Notes: generated by a model from the letters alone, not told the origin. A DNA stretch of 25,538 nt from Fidelibacterota bacterium (GCA_027251445.1 JAPNQO010000103.1:1-25538), one strand, 5' to 3'; positions 12,501-18,229 are shown, counted from the stretch's first letter. A program made the numbers and translations.

Positions 12501-15500
12501 AAGGATCAACATTTTCTATAAGTGGTAGTAAAGATATATATATAGATGGTGATATTCCAGTTGTCCCAACTAACCTAATTGCAACACCTGGTCTAGGAAA
12601 AGTTGATTTAACTTGGACTGAAAATAGTGAAACAGATCTTGCCTATTATAAGGTATATGCAGACACGATAATTAACCCTACTGTTTATATTGGAAATGGG
12701 TTTGTAGGATTACAAAAATTTAGCCATAGTGGTATAACGGATGGAATTATATGGTATTATCGTATTTCTGCTATTGATTTAGCTGGTAATGAAAGTGAAA
12801 AAACTGCAAGTGTATTTGCGATGCCTCACAATCCTGTTAATGAGCAATGTCTTAGCTTTGATGGTGACAATGATTTTATAGATACTCCACTTGCTAGTAA
12901 TATGTTACCACTTACTATTTCAGTTTTATTTAAACCTGATGTTAATTCTGGAGAACAGTCAATTGTAGATAGTGATATTGGTGGTAGTTATGGACAGTCA
13001 ATTATTTTAGGATATCAAGATGGTGATAATAGTGTTGATGTTCAATATCATAATGGATTTTATGATTCTCCTTTTACGTATAGCCCTGATAAATGGTATC
13101 ATGGCGTAGCAGTATTTGATACAGGTTTAGTATCTCTTTATATGAATGGTGAGTTGGTTGGGAGTCAAGCATTTACGCATGCTGATCCTGATGGAAGTAA
13201 CTTTAGAATTGGGCGCCATAATAGTGGTGACCCACAATGGTTTGATGGAAAAATTGATGAAGTAATTATATGGAATGACACGCTAAGCATCAGTGAAATC
13301 GAGGCGATTAAAAATAATCCATTAAATATTAATTTGAATGAAGATTCTGATCAATATTTATCCTCTAATTCTTTATTAGGATATTGGAAGTTTGGAGAAA
13401 GCATAGGTAGTACAGTTTATGACATAAGTGGTAATGGTAATCATGCAACGATCAATGGTGCTTCATGGGACTCAGAAGCAGTTGATATGGTCCCTCCAGA
13501 TATGCCTGAAGAACTAGTTTCTGTTGCAGGAAACAGACAAATAACCTTATCCTGGAATAAGAACCAAGAAGAAGATCTTTATCAATACTTAATTTATGGT
13601 GGCACAGCGCAATTCCCTTCAGACATTATTGCAAGAAATGCAGATCCAAATGATACTACAGTTGTAATTGATAGTCTTGCAAATGGTACGACATACTATT
13701 ATCGCATATCAGCAATTGATTATTCAGGTTTAGAAAGTCAAAAAACATTAGATGTTTCTGCAATACCAATACCCCAGAAATATGAAGTTAATCAAAATGG
13801 TGCTGGTGATTTTATTTCTATTCAAGCTGCCATTGATCAATCTCTTGATGATGATACACTGCTTGTTTTTAGTGGAACTTATTATGAAAATATTAACTTA
13901 TTGGGAAAAGCATTAATTATTGCTTCCGAATATATTATATCTGGAGATAGCTCACATATTTCAAGTACTATAATTGATGGTCAATCAAATGGTTCTGTTG
14001 TGACTATCTCAAATGTAGATGGTACACAAATAAAATTAGCAGGGTTAACGATTCAAAATGGAAGTGCTCAAAATGGAGGTGCTATTCATTCAATAGATTC
14101 AAACCCTTTACTAGAAAGTTTATTTATTATAAATAATAATTCAACAATAAATGGCGGTGGAGTTTATGTAAATGGTGGCAACCCAAGTTTATCAAGTATC
14201 ACATTTTCAAGTAATTCCAGTTCAGGATATGGTGGAGCTATTTATTTACAAAATAGTTCAAGTGCCGTATTAAACAAGTTAACCATTGATAATAATTCTG
14301 CTGAAAATGGTGCAGGTATTGCTATGACTTCATCAAATCCTTCTATTACCAATACAGTCCTATCAAATAATAATGCAGATTCTACAGGAGGCGCAATTGC
14401 TATGTATAGTAATTCAAATCCTGGTTTATATAATATGGTGATGTATAGTAATTATGCAGCACAATATGGTGGTGCTATTTTTTCAACTAATTCTAGTCCA
14501 ACAATTGGTAATTCTACGATAACTAATAATCAATCTGAATTTGATGGTGGCGGCCTTAATCTTTCAGTTGGATCAAATGCAGAAGTAATGAATTCAATCT
14601 TTTATAATAATATTCCCGATCAAATATTTATAACTGACATAAATGATTTATTAGATATTTCTAATTCGAATGTAGATGGGGGTATAAATGGAATAGGTTA
14701 TTCTCATGAAACCAGTAGCTTAAGTACATCATTAGTAACATGGGATTATTCAAATATTAATGTTGTTCCTCTTTTTAATGATATAATTAATAATGATTAT
14801 AGTTTGTCAGATTATTCCATGGCAATTGGTGTGGGAAATATTTCTAATAGTTTTGATGTTGATATTAATGGGGTAAATAGACCTGCGCCACAAGGTACTG
14901 CTCCTGATTTAGGTGCATATGAAAATCTTAGATCTATTCCAGATGTATGGTTAACCCTTGTAAATGATCAATATTTTATGAATGAAGATTCTGATCTACT
15001 GTTTAATCCTGTTTTAAATGATAGCATTGTAAATATTCACTTGGTAAATATCGCAATTCTTGATTCTGCTGATCATGGGGAAATAGAGATAATGAGTGAC
15101 TCTACTATTTTATATCAACCTGATGAAAACTTTTTTGGTAAAGATACAATTTTATATGCATTTGATAATGCAGAACGCCGTGATTCTGCTTTAACTATAA
15201 TTACTATATATATGTTAGATGATGATCCTCCAGTTATCACATCATCTCCAACATCTTTCGCAATTGAAGATCAAATATATAATTATCCATATGATGGATA
15301 CGATCCAGATATTGGAACTAACCGTTGGCAGATTTTCAACACACCTAGTTGGCTAACTATGGGTAATGATTCTATTTATGGAACACCTTTAGAAGGAGAT
15401 TTAGATACTAGTTTTATGTTAATTTATTCTGATTCTTATTTTGCAGATACTTTGGAGGTAGGAATTTTTGTTACACCAGTTAATGATCCGCCAATTATAA

Positions 15501-18229
15501 AGTCTCCAGATTCAATTATTGTTGATGAATCAGAATACTATGTATATCATGCTTTGGCTGAAGATCCAGAAGATTCAACATTAATATGGGAATTTAATTA
15601 TCTTCCTTCATGGATGTCTACTGCAGGGGATAGTGTTTTTGGTTCTCCTCCAAATGTGGGTGCTCCAGATACAAGTTTTCAAATTGTTGTTTCCGATGGA
15701 GAATATTTAGATACTATTAATGTTTTTGTAGAAGTTATTCCATATGATGATTTTCCTGTAATAACATCTTCTGATTCATTATTAGCAACTGAAGATGAAT
15801 TTGTTTCATTTAATTTTGCAGGATATGATCCTGATGGATTACCCGTATCATGGACAGTTGATCATTTGCCAAGTTGGCTATCAATGGAAGGAGACGATGT
15901 TTCAGGGATTCCACGTGAGGGGGATCTTGATACAATCTTTACACTTTTTGCTTCAGATGGATTGCTTAGCGATTCATTAGAAATAGGAGTATATGTTAAT
16001 CCAGTGAATGATGTGCCATTTATTACTTCACATGAAATTGATACAGCTTATGTAGATGAATATTTTATCTATTATCCTTCTGCTCTAGACCCAGAAGATT
16101 CAACATTAACATGGGAATTATTTGATGGACCGCCATGGATGACTCTTATTGAAGATAGTATTTATGGATTAGTATCTAGAGGAAGTGATGATACGTTCTT
16201 TACTTTTATAGTCTCTGATGGAGAACTCACAGATACAATGACAGTAGAACTTGAGGTTATTGATATTAATTATCCTCCCGAGATAACATTTTTACCTTTA
16301 GTGGGCGAGTACCATAGCAATATAGATCTTTCATTGTATTTATATGATTTTGACGATGATGAATTAGACTATGACATTAGTTTTTCTACAGATGGCATTG
16401 TTTGGAATGAAGCTACTACAGTTGAACAAAGTGGTGATATTGGATTAGATACGATGTCAATAATATGGTATTCTATGGCAGATCTTGATGAAAGTTTTCA
16501 TCCTAATGTACAGTTAAAAATTCAAGCCTATGATTTACAATCCGATACTTTACAAACTCCTGAAGATACTTCTTCAACATACATTTCTGATGGATTTGCT
16601 ATTGATAATCATATTGGTTCTGTTTCAGGAACAATGACTATTATTCAAGAAGAATATTTTGGAGATGTAAAGCTGACATACTCAATAACTGACTCAACTA
16701 ATGATTCTTATACAGTTGTACTTCGATACTCAAGTGACGATGGAATGTCTTGGCATTTAGCAAGTTTACAAGATAGTATTTATAATGTTGGTAGTCTCCA
16801 ATATATTGATACATTAGTATGGAAATCTGATGATGACTTATTTAATCTTGATAGAAGTTTAATGCTAGAATTATCCATTTTAGATGGATGGCAATCTTCT
16901 ACTTCTGATATAATTGAAATTCACTTTGATAATCAAATATTGCCACTGCTGTCAGAAATTTCTCCAGATACAAGTGAAAATATATACTGGTATGATAAAA
17001 TTGTTCTCACATTTACTGGTCAAATGAATCTTGATTCATATTCAAATGGAATAGTTTTAAGCAGTAATGAAAGAGGGATGCTTGATTTTACAGGTCAGTT
17101 TATTCAAGAAGGTGAAGTAGCTCATTTAACTATTCATCCTGATGAAAACTTTTATGCAGATGAACAAATACAGGTTTCTATTAATGAACAATTGCGTGAT
17201 ATATGGAATAATCCTTTTGATGGAAATAATAATGGCGATCCTGATGGTGCTTCAGATAATGATTCTATTACATTCTTTATAAATATATTGGGAGATTATG
17301 ATGGCTCTAGTTTGGTTGATTTTGAAGATTTAGTTTTATTACAACAAAATTGGTGGTCTGATACGGTTCTTTTTTCACATGAAGTTGGCCCTGCAATAGG
17401 TAGTCCTCCTTATATGCAACTACACCCAGATACTTTAATGAATTTTGAAGATTTAATGGTTTTTATTCAAATGTGGAATTGGTCAAATGGATTTGAAAAT
17501 GATGGTTCAAGGTTTACAAAAGGTATTTCCTATGATAGATATAATGCAAATTTATCTGTGGAATATCCTGATAGAAAAATAGGACAAGATAACGATCATC
17601 TTTTCTTACATTTTAATTTAGATTCTATTCAGTCAATTGGATCTGTGGGTTTAGAATTTTCTTACGAACCAACAAAAATTCAATTTATTGATCAGTCTTC
17701 AAGATTAGATAAAAACTGGACTCCATTATTCTATCATGATTCGCTAAATCATAGAATAATTTACCAATCTGCAGATTTAAATAAAGATCATCGAATACAA
17801 CCAATTAATAAGCAACTCAAGTTTAAATTTAAAAAATTGATTGATGCAGATACAGAGGTAAAATGGATGATCGATATGCGAGACCGAATGGGACAGGTTA
17901 CTCAGATATTTTCTCATTCTTATCAATTTAATACAATTGCTCCATTACCCGAGGTATATGCACTACACCAAAACTATCCGAATCCATTCAATCCAACCAC
18001 AACCATACGTTATGATTTGCCAGAAGATAGTAATGTTCGTATGATCATTTATAATTTACTGGGTCAAGAAGTAAAATTATTATCGAATAAATTTGAAGCT
18101 GCAGGATATAGATCAATTCGTTGGCATGGTAAAGATAATTTCAATCAAGATGTAAGTGCTGGTGTATATTTTTTATTCATGGAAACAAATAATTTTACTA
18201 GCACAAGGAAATTGATACTTTTAAAATAA
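2..18229 (+). CDS. Giant multidomain secreted surface protein/adhesin (>=6075 aa, 5'-truncated) with C-terminal T9SS type A/FlgD-Ig-like sorting domain
   Basis: The frame is open from base 2 (agc gca gat ggc gct tat tct gtt ttt gct gca gat atg = SADGAYSVFAADM), so ATG 38 is an internal Met of a repeat, not the start. There is no stop until TAA 18227-18229. It contains recognisable extracellular domains and ends in YALHQNYPNPFNPTTTIRY...SAGVYF...TRKLILLK. Confidence 0.95.
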   Translation, partial: SADGAYSVFAADMDNDGDMDIVSASVNDDAIAWYENDGAADPSWAAADIATSADATRSVFVADMDNDGDMDIVSASSDDNTIAWYENDGATNPSWAASDISTSADFATSVFVADMDSDGDMDIVSASVNDDAVSIYINNGASDPSWSVSDISTDANGARGVFIADIDNDGDLDIISASENDDKIAWYQNSAGRNAPQITSVTSSQDNGSYGVGTEIPIFVNYSDQVLVTGTPQLTLETGGTDAVLNYASGNGTGQLLFTYTVVAGHASVDLDYQSSSALSLNGGTIKDARGNNNNASLALPAPGAANSLGANKDLVIDTNAPSVTNVTSTTADGTYGAGDTINVSVTFDDTVNVTTGTIGCGDFLISSLPFTAQYSNAGQPNNWDVSGSDGSDIAYTLNLSQATTISVTTCAAYSNYDTKLQIFTANDLCTPVATSFYNDDYSCSYSGLRSTLPSCQLEAGQYYIVVDGYGGGTGNYQVDISVVSGRNSAEENTADMNLPGMDDYPRFTNNVGYDSDYEITKLRADGYVFWEIDEFLNNRDFDPISTSRTGGTGIPKITLETGVGDSSAYYVSGHGSNTISFQYIIATGDSSSDLDYLSIDALDANSGTIRDASGNDASLTLPAPGATGSLGANKNLSVDGFGPLVSSVSSAAPDSVYNVGSIIPITITFNENIIVTGIPQLTLETGASDAIANYVSGSGSNIITFNYTTAAGENSADLDYQDTTALILNGGTITDSHGNSANLILPAPGADGSLGANKAIIIDGGAPVINNITSTSVNGTYNLDDVIPITVAFSEALTVTGTPQLELNTGGSSISFDGNGDYVRMSGFNPSTTDFTLSLWVKSNAYSNSNKNIFQQMDVSGNGRSIIYVKNGSNQFATWLGGGERLSGVVSEINRWYNVVLVHNNSANTVTWFINGAQGNTNNSNVETTIGDFLLGVHKNFGSSSYFNGLMDEISIWNSQLDSTEIVALYNSGASISASTNSGNYTSSSDLIRYYTMDEGLGNTVVDHSSNGVNGILYNSTWGPSPLRGNVVDYTSGSGTSSLTFEYTVSNGDRTLDLDYTRPEALLLNGGTIKEASGNDAVLTMPLPGTEGSLGYAKDFVIDGAIPVISNVTSSTNNGAYSVDEDIVITISFDDAVTVTGTPQLTLETGTTDATADYTSGTGTNTLTFSYTVSSGDTSSDLGYVSTNSLLLNSGTMRDISGNDVNLTLPIPGDTLSLSGSKALVVDGVSPTVINVTSSADNGSYNVGDTLDIIVQFDENMTVGTASLGCGDVLITSLPYTHSFYNTGQGNNWDVSGSDNEDVAYTLHLSEATTISVTTCNSGTNYDTKLQIFTANGQCVGTSAGYYNDDYSCSYNGLYATLPNCQLSAGTYYIVVDGYSTRNGNYTVSVEDITSRATTEVSNYDPQYEIDKLFNDGYQQWEIRDIIADQDVDEPVYSFSRTGTGIPQLTLETGSIDGVATYYSGDGNDSLAFQYIVGMGQNSNDLDYVSTTALELNGGTISDAAGNTATLTLPTPGALRSLGANKDIVIDGGVPQVTNVTSSVSDGNYITGDVIPIDVVFTENVTVTDTPQIQLSTGGYALDLDGSDDYAFIPNHSSLQFGTGDFTVSVWFKIDAIGATRQIFCKRGGSGNYEIQVNSAGRLSAWAPSGFSGNTVLTANTWYNVTLSRVSGTSYLYLNGILEASRSNGGNQNSSNGISIGRDSYGGERFNGDIDEFAIWSSGLSVAEALALYNGNASLNLLSNSSNYTSSANLVMYLRLNEGTGNTSVDETGNGHNATLNNGATWAVSQLGGTEVDYSVGSGTDTITFNYTVLDGNFSTDLDYTSTNALVLNGGIIRDSGGNNAILSLPDPGAIGSLSANKNIVVDGSIPSITNVTSTDPDGIYIVSDTIVIGVIFSDIVNVTGVPQLSLDLGNVDGVANYISGTGSSLLNFQYVVAAGHASSDLDYDSTASLVLNNGAIVDESGNAAVLALPAPGSSGSLAFAKSLHIDGIIPIIDSVSTYAIDGIYSTGDTMDISISFNEVVNVTGIPQLRLETGSTDVMINYRSGSGSSTLMFKFTVGLGNANNDLDYTDTTALILNGGSIRDVSGNNASLNLIPPGSTGSLSANKNLVIDGAAPVISSVTSSTLDSTYIVGDTIAINIVFSEIVTVTGAPTLTLETGQDDAVLYYNSGTGTSALGFEYIVASGHLSSDLNYIDSSAFSLNGGTVRDVASNDTELFLPSVDSTNSLAGNKAIVIDGVVPIINSVSSNVSDSLYKLGDTLGITILFNEPVFVVGSPQISLETGNQDAIVNYTRGSGSSVLTFKYTVASGESASDLDYVGSIALNLNNGSIKDAAGNNVILTLPEPGESGSLGSNKALVIDGIVPTVFSVSSTSADSVYKIDDVIPILITFSENTYVDTTLGKPRIILETGAQDTHAEYSSGSGTTVLRFLYTVANSNISNDLDYLSDSALVLNNAIIRDAAGSPADLSLAVPGAAGSLAANKNLFIDGLSPSITSISSNEIDTTYSISDTLEITVTFSEAVTVSGAPQLTLETGTSDALANYLSGTGTNVLTFQYIVANGHTSADLDLVSSSALALNGGSIVDAVGNIATLTLPDPGSAGSLGDNKAIALDGSPPLVSLALSNDGNGSFKMGDTLNISIVFNENVIVSGIPQLTLETGTTDEVVDYLSGSGSTTIIFRYIVASGNVNTDLAYVSTSALVLNNGSIKDAAGNSATLTLPTPGASNSLSSNMDLNVEGVLPAIPTGLIATPGDAQIQLNWTANTDQDLASYKVYGGISSNPTTLLATVSVGTETYTQSGLTNGTIYYYRIAAVDNIGNMSNSSSDVSALAHDLDVASSLNFDGTDDFTTVTSSANFNIVDEFTISTWIKADVLKNATILNRMPYAGSNGYRLSVRSNGEIWALVGSGETNAKASTAASFYSAGTNYFISGVYKDGQYVKLYVNGNLIQSVTTDIEFSTDVALEFARWVNTAGDDEYFDGNIDEIGVWDDALTQEELLQLYNGGGSTDLRSNSGNYSSSSNLKGYWRFSESTGFTLYDVSTKGQHASFSGAVWNTSVIDVSGPVVASVSASNDNGIYGIGDTLLINVGFNEAVTVTGTPQLTVETGSTDAVLNYISGTGSGSLNFQYIISNGHVNSDLDYVSNSSLALNSGSVKDAAGNNAVLTLPEPDSTGSLANTKDIIVDGIPGSVLSVSSSSNNDTYKIGDELVLTVQFNEVVNVGGVPQLTLETGNIDGVASYSIGSGTNTLSFAYAVVLNHASADLEYNSTSALSLNNGTVQDLAGNNVSLTLPTIGETGSLATNKALVIDGVYATVDSVSATTANGYYKAGDTLDVTIHFDENVNVTGSPQLVLETGSNDATVYYSSGSGSSILSFQYIAEEGHLNTDLEYVSALSLSLNNGLIRDVAGNDATLTLADPGDASSLSANKALVVDAISPSVISVSSSESNGLYNIGDTLEIVVNFPEVVVVDTSDGLPQLTLETGAANAIVDYSRGSGTNTLTFDYIVVRDHESDDLDYINTTALSLNGGIINDLSGNSAVLTLPAPSASGSLSANKAIVIDGVIPTVISSISSNLLDGTYKIGDTLGIAVNFSESVAVTGTPKLTMETGVSDGIANYASGSGTATIIFNYIVAQNHISDDLDYASDSALYLNSGTIIDIAGNNANLNLPMPGTSSSFSANKAIIIDGIIPSVTTVSSPDENDILTFGSTIGITVTFDEVVNITGTPQLSIETGANDATLNYSSGSGSPTITFNYTVAAGHTTNDLEYISSSSLVLNGGAIKDAAGNNASLSMADPGSSGSLSSNKSFAVDGIVPVMTSVTSSLADGSYMVGDTIPVAIVFDDTIYVIGRPQVSLVTLANNSSTLVDYSSGSGSSSIIFNYVIEVGHESNDLDYSNTTALSLNGGSIRDISGNNATLTLIPPGSNGSLSANKTLVVDGGAPVVSSVTSTYSDGTYIVGDSIKINVLFSEVVTVTGVPIITLETGDNDVVINYANGTGTNTINFSYVVSEGEYTNDLSYMDQNALELNQGSIKDAAGNNIVLTLPEPDSTGSLSINKSLVVDGILPFVNSVTSLDSNGTYIFGDTIDIAMNFSENVNVSGSPQLILETGSNDASVPYISGSGSSTLIFRYIVQNGHYSLDLGYETDSSLVLNGGSIRDLAGNGSLLNLPEKGSTFSISGSKDIYIDGDIPVVPTNLIATPGLGKVDLTWTENSETDLAYYKVYADTIINPTVYIGNGFVGLQKFSHSGITDGIIWYYRISAIDLAGNESEKTASVFAMPHNPVNEQCLSFDGDNDFIDTPLASNMLPLTISVLFKPDVNSGEQSIVDSDIGGSYGQSIILGYQDGDNSVDVQYHNGFYDSPFTYSPDKWYHGVAVFDTGLVSLYMNGELVGSQAFTHADPDGSNFRIGRHNSGDPQWFDGKIDEVIIWNDTLSISEIEAIKNNPLNINLNEDSDQYLSSNSLLGYWKFGESIGSTVYDISGNGNHATINGASWDSEAVDMVPPDMPEELVSVAGNRQITLSWNKNQEEDLYQYLIYGGTAQFPSDIIARNADPNDTTVVIDSLANGTTYYYRISAIDYSGLESQKTLDVSAIPIPQKYEVNQNGAGDFISIQAAIDQSLDDDTLLVFSGTYYENINLLGKALIIASEYIISGDSSHISSTIIDGQSNGSVVTISNVDGTQIKLAGLTIQNGSAQNGGAIHSIDSNPLLESLFIINNNSTINGGGVYVNGGNPSLSSITFSSNSSSGYGGAIYLQNSSSAVLNKLTIDNNSAENGAGIAMTSSNPSITNTVLSNNNADSTGGAIAMYSNSNPGLYNMVMYSNYAAQYGGAIFSTNSSPTIGNSTITNNQSEFDGGGLNLSVGSNAEVMNSIFYNNIPDQIFITDINDLLDISNSNVDGGINGIGYSHETSSLSTSLVTWDYSNINVVPLFNDIINNDYSLSDYSMAIGVGNISNSFDVDINGVNRPAPQGTAPDLGAYENLRSIPDVWLTLVNDQYFMNEDSDLLFNPVLNDSIVNIHLVNIAILDSADHGEIEIMSDSTILYQPDENFFGKDTILYAFDNAERRDSALTIITIYMLDDDPPVITSSPTSFAIEDQIYNYPYDGYDPDIGTNRWQIFNTPSWLTMGNDSIYGTPLEGDLDTSFMLIYSDSYFADTLEVGIFVTPVNDPPIIKSPDSIIVDESEYYVYHALAEDPEDSTLIWEFNYLPSWMSTAGDSVFGSPPNVGAPDTSFQIVVSDGEYLDTINVFVEVIPYDDFPVITSSDSLLATEDEFVSFNFAGYDPDGLPVSWTVDHLPSWLSMEGDDVSGIPREGDLDTIFTLFASDGLLSDSLEIGVYVNPVNDVPFITSHEIDTAYVDEYFIYYPSALDPEDSTLTWELFDGPPWMTLIEDSIYGLVSRGSDDTFFTFIVSDGELTDTMTVELEVIDINYPPEITFLPLVGEYHSNIDLSLYLYDFDDDELDYDISFSTDGIVWNEATTVEQSGDIGLDTMSIIWYSMADLDESFHPNVQLKIQAYDLQSDTLQTPEDTSSTYISDGFAIDNHIGSVSGTMTIIQEEYFGDVKLTYSITDSTNDSYTVVLRYSSDDGMSWHLASLQDSIYNVGSLQYIDTLVWKSDDDLFNLDRSLMLELSILDGWQSSTSDIIEIHFDNQILPLLSEISPDTSENIYWYDKIVLTFTGQMNLDSYSNGIVLSSNERGMLDFTGQFIQEGEVAHLTIHPDENFYADEQIQVSINEQLRDIWNNPFDGNNNGDPDGASDNDSITFFINILGDYDGSSLVDFEDLVLLQQNWWSDTVLFSHEVGPAIGSPPYMQLHPDTLMNFEDLMVFIQMWNWSNGFENDGSRFTKGISYDRYNANLSVEYPDRKIGQDNDHLFLHFNLDSIQSIGSVGLEFSYEPTKIQFIDQSSRLDKNWTPLFYHDSLNHRIIYQSADLNKDHRIQPINKQLKFKFKKLIDADTEVKWMIDMRDRMGQVTQIFSHSYQFNTIAPLPEVYALHQNYPNPFNPTTTIRYDLPEDSNVRMIIYNLLGQEVKLLSNKFEAAGYRSIRWHGKDNFNQDVSAGVYFLFMETNNFTSTRKLILLK
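1073..1660 (+). other. Inserted Cys-containing PPC-like beta-sandwich plus acidic helical segment, copy 1 (inside repeat 2)
   Basis: DIAYTLNL...ISVTTC...YDTKLQIF...C...YNDDYSC...LEAGQYYIVVDGYGGGTGNY resembles pre-peptidase C-terminal-like domains. It splits a host repeat between VNVTTG and IPKITLETG. Confidence 0.65.
2438..3091 (+). other. LamG-like/pentraxin jelly-roll domain 1 (inside repeat 4)
   Basis: SISFDGNGDYV, FTLSLWVK, WYNVVLV, FINGAQ, FNGLMDEISIWN, LIRYYTMDEG. Confidence 0.85.
3794..4336 (+). other. Inserted Cys-containing PPC-like domain plus acidic helical segment, copy 2 (inside repeat 6)
   Basis: Paralogous to 1073-1660 at a 2730-nt offset (NNWDVSGSD at 1145/3875; NYDTKLQIFTAN; YNDDYSCSY; YYIVVDGY). 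Five Cys align. Confidence 0.65.
4742..5383 (+). other. LamG-like jelly-roll domain 2 (inside repeat 7)
   Basis: ALDLDGSDDY, FTVSVWFK, WYNVTLS, LYLNG, FNGDIDEFAIWS, LVMYLRLNEGTG. Confidence 0.85.
8225..9181 (+). other. Fibronectin type III domain followed by LamG-like domain 3
   Basis: FN3: PAIPTGLIATPGDAQIQLNW...YKVY...GLTNGTIYYYRIAAVDNIGN. LamG: SLNFDGTDDF...FTISTWIK...LYVNG...FDGNIDEIGVW...LKGYWRFSE. Confidence 0.85.
9182..12553 (+). repeat. Second array of 9 copies of the ~124-aa Ig-like repeat
   Basis: Same consensus as the first array (TGxPQLxLETG, SGSG, DLDY, LNGG, DxAGN, GSLxxNK, VIDG), with no large insertions. Confidence 0.9.
12554..13774 (+). other. FN3 - LamG-like domain 4 - FN3
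   Basis: PTNLIATPGLGKVDLTW...WYYRISAIDLAGNES; LSFDGDNDF...WYHGVAV...LYMNG...FDGKIDEVIIW...LLGYWKFGE; ITLSWNKN...LANGTTYYYRISAIDYSGLES. Confidence 0.85.
13775..14940 (+). other. Right-handed parallel beta-helix (pectin-lyase-like fold, GGAI-type coils) with choice-of-anchor-Q-like cap
   Basis: N-cap DFISIQAAID...LVFSGTYYENI...TIIDG. Seven GG(A/G)(I/V/L)-like turns (NGGAI, NGGGV, YGGAI, NGAGI, TGGAI, YGGAI, DGGGL). C-cap PLF...DYSLSDYSMAIGVG...DINGVNRP...PDLGAYE. Confidence 0.8.
14957..16267 (+). repeat. One Big_9/tandem-95-like Ig domain plus four cadherin/putative-Ig-like repeats (~87 aa)
   Basis: VNDQYFMNEDS...HGEI...YQPDENFFGKDTILY is followed by four units starting (D/N)DxPxI(T/K)S, each with DP(D/E), PxW(L/M) and xSDG-type motifs. 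Confidence 0.75.
17288..17482 (+). other. Dockerin-like (EF-hand-like Ca-binding) module
   Basis: LGDYDGSSLVDFEDLVLLQQNW is followed by a second degenerate half PDTLMNFEDLMVFIQMWNW. Confidence 0.65.
17942..18229 (+). other. C-terminal T9SS type A (Por secretion tail)/FlgD-Ig-like sorting domain
   Basis: PEVYALHQNYPNPFNPTTTIRYDLP...IYNLLGQEV...WHGKD...SAGVYF...TRKLILLK matches the YPNP, GxY and terminal KxxxxK motifs of type A CTDs. Confidence 0.9.

Noticed and set aside
13775..14940. GGAI repeats as a Pmp-type autotransporter
   Set aside because: There is no C-terminal beta-barrel. The protein ends in a CTD/FlgD-like sorting domain.
156..15980. Alternate-frame + strand ORFs 156-386, 1800-2048 and 15795-15980
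   Set aside because: They lie wholly within the giant CDS. Their Met/Ile/Leu-rich sequence is what off-frame reading of GAT-rich codons produces.
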